From the sequence record ON529855.1: DNA of 64,000 bases. One strand, given 5' to 3'. Made by a program: the position numbers and the translations under genes. The notes under the pieces were generated by a model that was given only the letters and a program-made list of their open reading frames with translations, had not been told where the DNA came from and did no database searches. This document shows, one piece after another, positions 47,842 through 54,217 of this stretch. Every line of letters begins with the position of its first letter. Within the stretch, counting starts at the first letter, position 1.

Positions 47842-48134
47842 AGGGTGTAATCGACGGTCGGGTCGGGAAGCCAGACCTCTTCCAGCAGACGTTCCTGCCA
47901 CTGGGCCTCGTGGTCCCAGGACAGGATCACGCCGGACCGCGTTTCGCTGCCGTCGATCAGCGTCGCGCAGCCGTAGACGTCAAAGGGCGGCGCGCCATCA
48001 TAGGAATGGTGGCGCAAGGTATAGAGATGGGGACCGTTGCCGCCGCACCAGCGCACCAGGACTTTCGCCCCGTCAGGCAGGGCGCGGATTTCGGCCGGGG
48101 TCAGCCTCGGGGTATCGGGGACGGCGTGGGTCAT
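47838..48134 (-). CDS. hypothetical protein (98 aa)
   Basis: Translationally coupled (TGATG) in a small-gene operon. Confidence 0.65.
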   Translation of the reverse strand: MTHAVPDTPRLTPAEIRALPDGAKVLVRWCGGNGPHLYTLRHHSYDGAPPFDVYGCATLIDGSETRSGVILSWDHEAQWQERLLEEVWLPDPTVDYTL

Positions 48135-48397
48135 CAGGCGGGGTTCGGCGGCGTATACGGCATGGGGCGCAGACGGGGCTCGGCGCGCGGATGACTGATT
48201 CCGGTCGGCATGATGTTCAATTGCAGCCCGGCGCCCCGACGCAGCAGCATCATGAGATCATGGGCGCGCACCGCCTCGGCCGGCGCGGCGAATGTCAGTT
48301 CGATCAGCACGCGATTGCTGTCGGTGCTGCACGCGGTCGCGATCTGGTCAGGCTCCAGGTCCAGAGCCTGCGTGGGACTGATGTTGAGCCGGCTCAT
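48134..48397 (-). CDS. hypothetical protein (87 aa)
   Basis: ATGA overlap with the def stop. Confidence 0.6.
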   Translation of the reverse strand: MSRLNISPTQALDLEPDQIATACSTDSNRVLIELTFAAPAEAVRAHDLMMLLRRGAGLQLNIMPTGISHPRAEPRLRPMPYTPPNPA

Positions 48398-48936
48398 GCG
48401 CGTGTCATCCGACGCACGTTGTCCTGGTGCTTCTTCAGCAGCATCGCCCGCTTCAGCGACGAGACCCGGTCGATGTTGCGCACCCCGTCCAGGTGGTCCA
48501 TCTCGTGCTGAAGACAGATGGCCTTGTAACCCTTGCCCGACACGGTCTGCATACGGCCGTGAATGTCCTGGTATTCGACCGTCACTTCCCGATGCCGGCG
48601 CACGCGGAAAAAGACGCCCGGCATGGACAGGCATCCCTCCGGCATCTCGATCATGTCCTCGGACTTGTCGATGAACGTGGGGTTGATCAGGATCAGTTTG
48701 GGGCGATCGACCATGACGTCTTGCACCGGAAGTCCGGTGTCGGGCAGGTCGATCATGGTGAAGATGCGCAAGGGCACGCCGACCTGAACGGCGGCGAGCC
48801 CCGCGCCCTCGGCCATCAACATGGTGTCGACCATGTCGAAGCAAAGCGCCCGCACCTCGTCGGTGATCTCGAAGACCGTATCGGAGGGCTTCGTCATCAG
48901 GGCGTCGGTGCAGGGGATGATCTGGCGTAGCGCCAT
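48394..48936 (-). CDS. def: peptide deformylase
   Basis: GAGLAAVQVG, EGCLSMPG, QHEMDHLDG. Confidence 0.95.
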   Translation of the reverse strand: MALRQIIPCTDALMTKPSDTVFEITDEVRALCFDMVDTMLMAEGAGLAAVQVGVPLRIFTMIDLPDTGLPVQDVMVDRPKLILINPTFIDKSEDMIEMPEGCLSMPGVFFRVRRHREVTVEYQDIHGRMQTVSGKGYKAICLQHEMDHLDGVRNIDRVSSLKRAMLLKKHQDNVRRMTRA

Positions 48937-49157
48937 TATGCGGGGGTCTCCGAAGGACGCCCGGCGCGCCACAACTCCACAGAATTCTGTCCCGCCTGGA
49001 GAACCTCACTGAGGTCCTCCAGGTGGTCCATCTGCTGTTTCAGCGCCATGCGGGCGTCTTCCAGCCCGATGTCCTGAAGCTTGACGACGCGCCCGCCCAC
49101 CATGACCTGGTAGTCCTGATAGGGCGGCCAATCATCGGGGGGCGTGACGGCCGTCAT
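48936..49157 (-). CDS. hypothetical protein (73 aa)
   Basis: Coupled to neighbours by TGATG and TAATG overlaps. Confidence 0.65.
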   Translation of the reverse strand: MTAVTPPDDWPPYQDYQVMVGGRVVKLQDIGLEDARMALKQQMDHLEDLSEVLQAGQNSVELWRAGRPSETPA

Positions 49158-49453
49158 CAGATTTCTCCGAGCGCGCTCAGGTACAGGTCCAGGATGGCGT
49201 CTTCTTCCTGGCGCTTGGCCTTGTCCTGCTTGCGCAGGCGCAGCACCTTGCGCAGAATCTTCACGTCGTATCCCTCGCCCTTGGCTTCGGCGAAGACTTC
49301 CTTCATGTCGACCATGACGGCCTGCTTGTCCTCTTCGAGGCGCTCCAGCCGCTCGATGATCGAGCGCAGGCGGCCCTGGGCGGAGGCGGTCAGGGCGTCG
49401 TCGGCCGACATGGCGTTGGCGGGCTCGACGCCGGTGATGGTGGTCTCGGTCAT
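49157..49453 (-). CDS. gapR: GapR-like nucleoid-associated protein (DUF2312)
   Basis: AQGRLRSIIERLERLEEDK...KEVFAEAKGEGYDVKILRKVLRLRKQDKAKRQEEDAILDLYLSALGEI, closely matching Caulobacterales GapR as I recall it. Confidence 0.95.
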   Translation of the reverse strand: MTETTITGVEPANAMSADDALTASAQGRLRSIIERLERLEEDKQAVMVDMKEVFAEAKGEGYDVKILRKVLRLRKQDKAKRQEEDAILDLYLSALGEI

Positions 49454-49481
49454 AGGTCTCTCGGGGGGGGTTGGTCGCCGG

Positions 49482-49727
49482 TTATCCGGTGACGAGGTAG
49501 CGAAGGATCGCGAGAAGTTCGCGGTCCGCATCAGGCTGTTGGGCCTTCTGGTCGATGAGGCGCAGGGCGGCGTTCTTGCGCGCCCGCTGTTTGGCGGCGT
49601 GAACGCCGAGAGTCTGCGCCAAGTCGCGCATCTCTGTCTCGTCCACATAGGCGCCGAGCGCATCCCCATACCGTCGGTTGGCGGGGTAGGTGGCGTAGTC
49701 CGGGGCCAGCGGCGGGAGGCCGTCCAT
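49482..49727 (-). CDS. hypothetical protein (81 aa)
   Basis: GGAG SD; coupled to the upstream ORF. Confidence 0.6.
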   Translation of the reverse strand: MDGLPPLAPDYATYPANRRYGDALGAYVDETEMRDLAQTLGVHAAKQRARKNAALRLIDQKAQQPDADRELLAILRYLVTG

Positions 49728-49903
49728 CACATGTCTCCACAAGGATCGTGCAGGGTGTCGCCCTGGTCGAGGTCCTCGACGAAGCGGCCGTTCAGGAAGC
49801 GCCCCGTGGTGGTCTGGCCGTTGAGCCGACGCACGACCCGCAACTGATGGTCCAGCCAGTAGTAGGGCACGCCCCACGCCTCGCGATAGACCGGCTCGGT
49901 CAC
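49727..49903 (-). CDS. hypothetical protein (58 aa, not in ORF track)
   Basis: GTG overlapping the DUF4170 TGA; MTEPVYREAWGVPYYWLDH... Confidence 0.5.
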   Translation of the reverse strand: MTEPVYREAWGVPYYWLDHQLRVVRRLNGQTTTGRFLNGRFVEDLDQGDTLHDPCGDM

Positions 49904-50160
49904 GAGTAGGTCGCGCCCGAAGCCCGGACCACCAGGTCGGCGACGGGTTTGCCATGAGCGACGATCATTTCGTCGTAGGTGTTGATGTGGAAGCGCATCA
50001 GGGCGTTGTCGACCGTCTGCCAGGCATAGGCCTTCCAGGCGTCTCGGGCGTCTTCGCGGCGGGAGAAGGACCCCACGAAGATGATTTTGCGCGGATCGCG
50101 GAAGGCTTCCTCGCGGGGGTGGGGATGCTCGCCCCCATAGACGTAATAGGTGTCAGGCAT
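49900..50160 (-). CDS. DUF4170-family protein
   Basis: YVYGGE...F.DP..I..VGSF....A..AW...AWQTVDNALMRFHI. Confidence 0.75.
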   Translation of the reverse strand: MPDTYYVYGGEHPHPREEAFRDPRKIIFVGSFSRREDARDAWKAYAWQTVDNALMRFHINTYDEMIVAHGKPVADLVVRASGATYS

Positions 50161-50162
50161 GC

Positions 50163-51050
50163 TTACAAAGTCACGATCAGGCGGGGATTGAAGTTCGGGT
50201 TCAGTTCATGCCCGACATAGCCGCGAGGATTGCAGATCACGCGGGTCTCGCCGATCTGGTAGTCGCTGCTGTCATGCATGTGACCATGGACCCACAAGGC
50301 GGGCTCCCACTCCAACATCAGCGGCTCCAGCCGCGACGCATAGGCGGGGTTCAGCGGCGATCCCCGATAACGAGGATGGCTCGACTGCTCCGACGGCGCA
50401 TGGTGGGAGATCACCACGGTCGGGCCGTCATGAGGAACCCGCAGCGTTTCCGTCAGGAAGAAGCGGCTTTCCAGATGAAGGCGCCGCGTGTCGTCCGCCG
50501 TCAGGCGCTGCTGCTGCTTCAATTCGATCTGCCGATAGTCGTTCATGTCCGACTGGGCGTGCCGGATCGACAAGGGCCAGGTCCCATAGAGGTCGAAATC
50601 GGTCCACAGGGTGGCGCCGAGGAAACGCACGTCGCCCACATGGACCTGCTCGTTATCCATGACGAAGACGCGGGCGGGCGCCAGTTCGTCAGCCTTGGCC
50701 TTCATCTTCTCGATGTGGCGGTGGTAGCGCCGCTTGCCGTAGAACTCGTGATTGCCCGGAACATAGAGGCAGGGGACGTCAGGGAAATGCCGCGCCAGCC
50801 AGATCACGCCGACGACGCCCGTCGCCAGGTCGCCGGCGGCGATGACCACGTCGATCTCGTCAGCCGTGGGCGCCGTCCAGGTGCGACGGTCCATTCCGCC
50901 GAACTCCAGATGGAGGTCCGACAGGATCAGGGCGCGCAACGGCCGTCGTCCAGGAGTCCGCCGCGCCAGGCCGGCTTCGATGTCAGCCTGCATGTCGGCC
51001 GCAGCCGCCACAGTGAACTCCATCTCAGCCTTGCTCCACTTGGTCTCCAT
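50163..51050 (-). CDS. calcineurin-like metallophosphoesterase
   Basis: SDLHLE, AAGDL, VPGNHEFY, VISHHAP, WVHGHMH, VICNPRGY. Confidence 0.95.
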   Translation of the reverse strand: METKWSKAEMEFTVAAAADMQADIEAGLARRTPGRRPLRALILSDLHLEFGGMDRRTWTAPTADEIDVVIAAGDLATGVVGVIWLARHFPDVPCLYVPGNHEFYGKRRYHRHIEKMKAKADELAPARVFVMDNEQVHVGDVRFLGATLWTDFDLYGTWPLSIRHAQSDMNDYRQIELKQQQRLTADDTRRLHLESRFFLTETLRVPHDGPTVVISHHAPSEQSSHPRYRGSPLNPAYASRLEPLMLEWEPALWVHGHMHDSSDYQIGETRVICNPRGYVGHELNPNFNPRLIVTL

Positions 51051-51070
51051 CGTGGAGCATCCTTGAAATC

Positions 51071-51189
51071 TGGAGCGGGTGGACAGACTCGAACTGCCGC
51101 CTCCGGGTTAGCCACCCGGCGCTCCTGGGTCCACGCGAACCCCCGACGATGATTCGCGTGATCATCGTCGGCCCTAGAGCCTCACCCGC
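51071..51189 (-). ncRNA. 119-nt tRNA-like RNA with two hairpins inserted in the D loop
   Basis: GCGGGTG/CACCCGC acceptor, U73, CCA; GCTC/GAGC D stem enclosing 52 nt; CCGGG-TGGCTAA-CCCGG; GGCAG-TTCGAGT-CTGTC. Confidence 0.8.
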
Positions 51190-51426
51190 ATAAGTTGGCA
51201 GGAGTTTTCAGATATGGCGAACCATACCCAGGGCGACCCTCCTGCCAGGAACCCCCGTCTCGGTTTCTTTCACTGGCCCCGACACGAGCACCTGTCAAAG
51301 CCTATCTAGCCGCCAGGCTTGCGGAACGTCTCGGGCGATTAGGCGCCTCGGGATGAACAGCGTTGCGGACGGCGTAGCATCGGCTTGCCGTGATTACTGA
51401 CAGACGGCGCCGGTGGTGTCAACAAT

Positions 51427-51460
51427 GAAAAACGCCCCGACCTTTCGATCGGGGCGTTCT
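51427..51460 (-). terminator. intrinsic terminator
   Basis: AACGCCCCGATC-GAAA-GGTCGGGGCGTT followed by TTT. Confidence 0.85.
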
Positions 51461-51772
51461 TCAGAGGTTCGCCATCCACTGCTTACGGCAGCGGGTGTGA
51501 TCCTTCCAGGACTTGCCGCCGGGGCGCGACGCCATGAGGTCGTCGTAGGACGAGGGAAGGACCATGCGTCGGCCACGGGCGCGGTAGAGGCGATCGTGGG
51601 CTTCGCCGATGTTGCGCCGCCGCTCCTGCATGGTGCGGGGGCAGCGGTGCATGTAGCGCCAGCGGTGGCGGAAGCGCCGGCAGCGGTAGGGCTCGCCGGG
51701 CTCCAGGTAGAGGACGCGCCAGCCCACGAAGTAGAAGCCGGAGTGGGTGACGCGCTCGAATTGGGGCTTCAT
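51461..51772 (-). CDS. basic hypothetical protein (103 aa), LPxxYDD...SWK...RKQW type
   Basis: AGGAGG SD; very Arg-rich; at the end of tRNA array B. Confidence 0.8.
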   Translation of the reverse strand: MKPQFERVTHSGFYFVGWRVLYLEPGEPYRCRRFRHRWRYMHRCPRTMQERRRNIGEAHDRLYRARGRRMVLPSSYDDLMASRPGGKSWKDHTRCRKQWMANL

Positions 51773-51872
51773 GTCAGCCTCCTGCTAGGTTGAGTACCTA
51801 GCGGGTGCTGTATTCCAGGTAGAACTTGATCATGGGATCATCCTAGCCCAAGCGGGGCTGTTCGTCTAGGAA

Positions 51873-51961
51873 TGGCGGATGGGGCAGGGATCGAACCCGC
51901 GTAACCCTCTCGGGTGTCGACCGCTTAGCAAGCGGCTGCCTTACCTCTCGGCCACCCATCC
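51873..51961 (-). tRNA. tRNA-Ser(GCT)
   Basis: GCCGC-TTGCTAA-GCGGT; long variable arm; G73; CCA. Confidence 0.95.
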
Positions 51962-51968
51962 GGGGTGT

Positions 51969-52053
51969 TGGCGGTGCGCCAGGGAATCGAACCCTCAACC
52001 TTGCGGTCGGCGACGGTTTTCAAGACCGCTTGTCCCCATGGACGCTGCGCACC
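51969..52053 (-). tRNA. tRNA-Ser(TGA)
   Basis: GCGGT-CTTGAAA-ACCGT; D arm GTCC-ATGG-GGAC; long variable arm; CCA. Confidence 0.9.
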
Positions 52054-52058
52054 GAAGG

Positions 52059-52149
52059 TGGCGGACGGCACGCGATTCGAACGCGTGGGACCCAGGGGGT
52101 CCGCCTGCCTTCCAAGCAGGTGCCTTAAGCCGGGCTCAGCCAGCCGTCC
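52059..52149 (-). tRNA. tRNA-Ser(GGA)
   Basis: CCTGC-TTGGAAG-GCAGG; long variable arm; CCA. Confidence 0.95.
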
Positions 52150-52154
52150 GGTGT

Positions 52155-52372
52155 TGGTGGAGGCGAGGGGATTCGAACCCCCGTAGACGCCGAACCCTCG
52201 CATTACCAAGGGCCGATCTCAGGTTTAGAACGCGTGTGCCGCCCTGACCATCTTCCGCAGGCCAGGGGGTCTATCGTAACGACCCCGTCGATCGGTTGCC
52301 TCTGCGTCCCGGATTTACCCGGACCGTTGCTCTGTTCCACGGTGCTCATGCCGAAACCCGAGCGACGCCCCC
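52155..52372 (-). ncRNA. 218-nt tRNA-like RNA with Ala-type acceptor (G3.U70, A73, CCA)
   Basis: 5' GGGGGCG pairs with 3' CGCCTCC-ACCA; T arm GGGGG-TTCGAAT-CCCCT; about 140 extra nt in several hairpins; flanked by short spacers like its tRNA neighbours. Confidence 0.75.
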
Positions 52373-52381
52373 GTGAAGAAA

Positions 52382-52469
52382 TGGAGGATGGTGTGGGATT
52401 CGAACCCACGGAACCTTGCGGTCCACCGGTTTTCGAAACCGGCGCGATCGGCCTCTCCGCCAACCATCC
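52382..52469 (-). tRNA. tRNA-Ser(CGA)
   Basis: CCGGT-TTCGAAA-ACCGG; long variable arm; U73; CCA. Confidence 0.95.
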
Positions 52470-52476
52470 AGAACAG

Positions 52477-52665
52477 TCAGGCCGAGGCCGGACTGTAGTT
52501 GTCGATGTCGTCGACCCGGATCGCCGTGCCCGCCGCAATCTGGCGGTCGGCGCTCAACAGTTCGGCGACCAGGTCGTCGGCCGTGACGGCGGCGCCGGAG
52601 GTGGCGAACTTCACGTTCACCAGGCGGCCGTCAGCGAACATCTCGTCGATCGCGGCGCGATCCAT
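52477..52665 (-). CDS. hypothetical protein (62 aa) embedded in the tRNA array
   Basis: GAAAGG SD; MDRAAIDEMFADGRLVNVKF... Confidence 0.6.
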   Translation of the reverse strand: MDRAAIDEMFADGRLVNVKFATSGAAVTADDLVAELLSADRQIAAGTAIRVDDIDNYSPASA

Positions 52666-52698
52666 GATAGACCTTTCTGCCGGCCTCGCCGGCGGTGA

Positions 52699-52769
52699 TG
52701 GTGGAGACAGTGGGGCTCGAACCCACCAAGGCTTCCTTGCAAAGGATGCCTGCGCCCTGCGCTGTCCCC
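52699..52769 (-). tRNA. tRNA-Ala(TGC), shortened D arm
   Basis: GGGGACA/TGTCTCC with G3.U70; loop TTTGCAA; A73; CCA. Confidence 0.85.
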
Positions 52770-52806
52770 GTAGGGGTTGAGTGTCAGCCATGCCGACAAT
52801 AAGTGT

Positions 52807-52882
52807 TGGTCCTGGCACTCAGATTCGAACTGAGCCATCGTGCTCCACAAACACGCGCCTCCACCGCAGAGGCTTTACCAGG
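52807..52882 (-). tRNA. tRNA-His(GTG), no G-1, A73
   Basis: CGTGT-TTGTGGA-GCACG; only a 2-nt spacer (AC) after the preceding CCA. Confidence 0.9.
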
Positions 52883-52884
52883 GT

Positions 52885-52972
52885 TGGTCGCGACGACAGG
52901 GGTCGAACCTGCCCGGCCTTTCGGCCACTACCACCTCAAGGTAGCGCGTCTACCAGACTCCGCCACGTCGCG
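52885..52972 (-). tRNA. tRNA-Leu(GAG)
   Basis: CTACC-TTGAGGT-GGTAG; long variable arm; CCA. Confidence 0.95.
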
Positions 52973-52981
52973 ATCGAAAGT

Positions 52982-53067
52982 TGGTGCCCGTCCCCGGACT
53001 CGAACCGGGACGCCACGAGGGCCACGCCTTTTGAGGGCGCTGCGTCTACCTTTCCGTCCAGACGGGC
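52982..53067 (-). tRNA. tRNA-Leu(CAA)
   Basis: GCGCC-CTCAAAA-GGCGT; long variable arm; CCA. Confidence 0.95.
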
Positions 53068-53077
53068 AGTTGAAAAA

Positions 53078-53164
53078 TGGTGCGGGCGAGAGGATTCGAA
53101 CCTCCCCGGCACAAAGGCCACGAGTACCTGAGACTCGCGCGGCTACCAACTTCGCCACGCCCGC
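53078..53164 (-). tRNA. tRNA-Leu(CAG)
   Basis: CGAGT-CTCAGGT-ACTCG; long variable arm; CCA. Confidence 0.95.
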
Positions 53165-53169
53165 ATTTT

Positions 53170-53251
53170 TGGAGAACCCTGGTGGAGTCGAACCACTTGC
53201 GCCTGGATTAAAAGCCCAATCCCGGCCACCCGGATTTAACGCTCAAGGTCC
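53170..53251 (-). tRNA. tRNA-Lys(TTT), atypical D region
   Basis: TTGGG-CTTTTAA-TCCAG; GGACCTT/AGGGTTC acceptor; CCA. Confidence 0.75.
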
Positions 53252-53264
53252 CCTAAAGTTATGT

Positions 53265-53355
53265 TGGTGAACGTGGTCGGACTCGCACCGACGATGAAGG
53301 TTGTAACCTAACGGGATTAAGAGCCCCGGCCTCTCGCTACTGAGGTGACACGTCC
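53265..53355 (-). tRNA. tRNA-Lys(CTT) with long variable arm
   Basis: CGGGG-CTCTTAA-TCCCG; variable hairpin AGGT-TACA-ACCT; T loop TGCGAGT; CCA. Confidence 0.85.
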
Positions 53356-53390
53356 AAAACTGTTGTTCTTCTCTCCTGAAGACTTGAAAA

Positions 53391-53461
53391 TGGAGCCGGC
53401 GGACGGTGTCGAACCGTCCCATGTCCACTACGAAAGGTCAGCCCTGCCACCAGGCGCCGGC
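53391..53461 (-). tRNA. tRNA-Thr(CGT), degenerate anticodon stem, mini D arm
   Basis: Perfect GCCGGCG/CGCCGGC acceptor (G1-C72, C2-G71); GACCT-TTCGTAG-TGGAC; next to Thr(GGT); CCA. Confidence 0.6.
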
Positions 53462-53467
53462 GTTGTT

Positions 53468-53538
53468 TGGTGCCAAGGGAGGGAGTCAAACCCTCGCTGA
53501 ACCCATACCAAGGGCTCGACCGATCACCCGGCCTTGGC
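53468..53538 (-). tRNA. tRNA-Thr(GGT), short D arm
   Basis: AGCCC-TTGGTAT-GGGTT; GCCAAGG/CCTTGGC acceptor; CCA. Confidence 0.8.
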
Positions 53539-53546
53539 GTTGATGT

Positions 53547-53621
53547 TGGTCGGAACACCAGGATTCGAACCTGGGACCCCTAGCTTCCCGAGCCAGTGCG
53601 CTACCGCTGCGCTACATTCCG
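53547..53621 (-). tRNA. tRNA-Pro(GGG), C at position 33
   Basis: CTGGC-TCGGGAA-GCTAG; C1-G72; CCA. Confidence 0.9.
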
Positions 53622-53630
53622 AGTTGATGA

Positions 53631-53707
53631 TGGTCGGCGAGGGAGGATTCGAACCTCCGATCCCTCCGACCCGAACGGAGTGACTTACCAGACTTGCCCA
53701 CACGCCG
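53631..53707 (-). tRNA. tRNA-Pro(CGG)
   Basis: CTCCG-TTCGGGT-CGGAG; C1-G72; CCA. Confidence 0.9.
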
Positions 53708-53710
53708 ATG

Positions 53711-53749
53711 GAAACGAAAAAGGCCCCGGAGGCTTTGCGCCTGGGGCCT
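53711..53749 (-). terminator. attenuator terminator in front of tRNA array B
   Basis: AGGCCCC...GGGGCCT stem followed by TTTTCGTTTC, ending 3 nt before tRNA-Pro. Confidence 0.85.
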
Positions 53750-53821
53750 GAAACATCTGCTGTTTTGGGGTTCAGCAGGTGATCGGCCCCTTAGGGCGCC
53801 TCACCTGCTTGGTGCCTGTTG

Positions 53822-53953
53822 TTACAGGAAACCTTCCAGGGAGACGCCACCGGTGGTGGGGGACTTCGTCGACAGTTTCGGCGCATGCGCGAGCGTCGAC
53901 AGCGCCGTGGCGGCGGTCGAAAGCGGGCTCAGCTTGTGCGACAAGGTGGTCAC
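53822..53953 (-). CDS. attenuator leader peptide B (MTTLSHKLSPLSTAATALSTLAHAPKLSTKSPTTGGVSLEGFL)
   Basis: GTG start with weak GGA SD; codons 2-34 use only T/L/S/H/K/P/A, the identities of array B. Confidence 0.8.
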   Translation of the reverse strand: MTTLSHKLSPLSTAATALSTLAHAPKLSTKSPTTGGVSLEGFL

Positions 53954-54005
53954 GATGAAGGTCCAGTCCGAAGAAGGAGCGCAAATGCGCTGTGATGAAG
54001 TCTGA

Positions 54006-54034
54006 TCTCTACAGGAAGCTTGAGCGTATGTCAA
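54006..54034 (-). promoter_or_regulatory. promoter of leader B / tRNA array B
   Basis: TTGACA (54034-54029)-N17-TAGAGA (54011-54006). Confidence 0.7.
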
Positions 54035-54217
54035 GAACTTCAGAAGAAAAAAGTTGAGGAGCGATGTGTGCGTCCCGCTCGAAACGTCTTGTGCCAGGAT
54101 CAACGGCAGACGTCAACAGGAAAATGCACGCGCGCGGCCGAGGGGGAGCGGAAGACCGCGCGCGTGCCGGCAGACCGTCGGGGGACGGGGCCTGGGGTCG
54201 TCGGGGGACGGGGAGGG

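Noticed and set aside
51969-52053. Selenocysteine or opal-suppressor tRNA / genetic recoding
   Set aside because: Anticodon TGA reads UCA (Ser); no CUA, UUA or UCA anticodons were found, and genes end at standard stops.
52155-52372. Canonical tmRNA
   Set aside because: Too short, no tag frame ending in AA-stop, and no recognisable pseudoknot series; kept only as tRNA-like.
53772-53984. 70-aa TTG ORF as the array B leader
   Set aside because: It runs through the attenuator hairpins and has no codon match to the array; the 43-aa GTG frame does.
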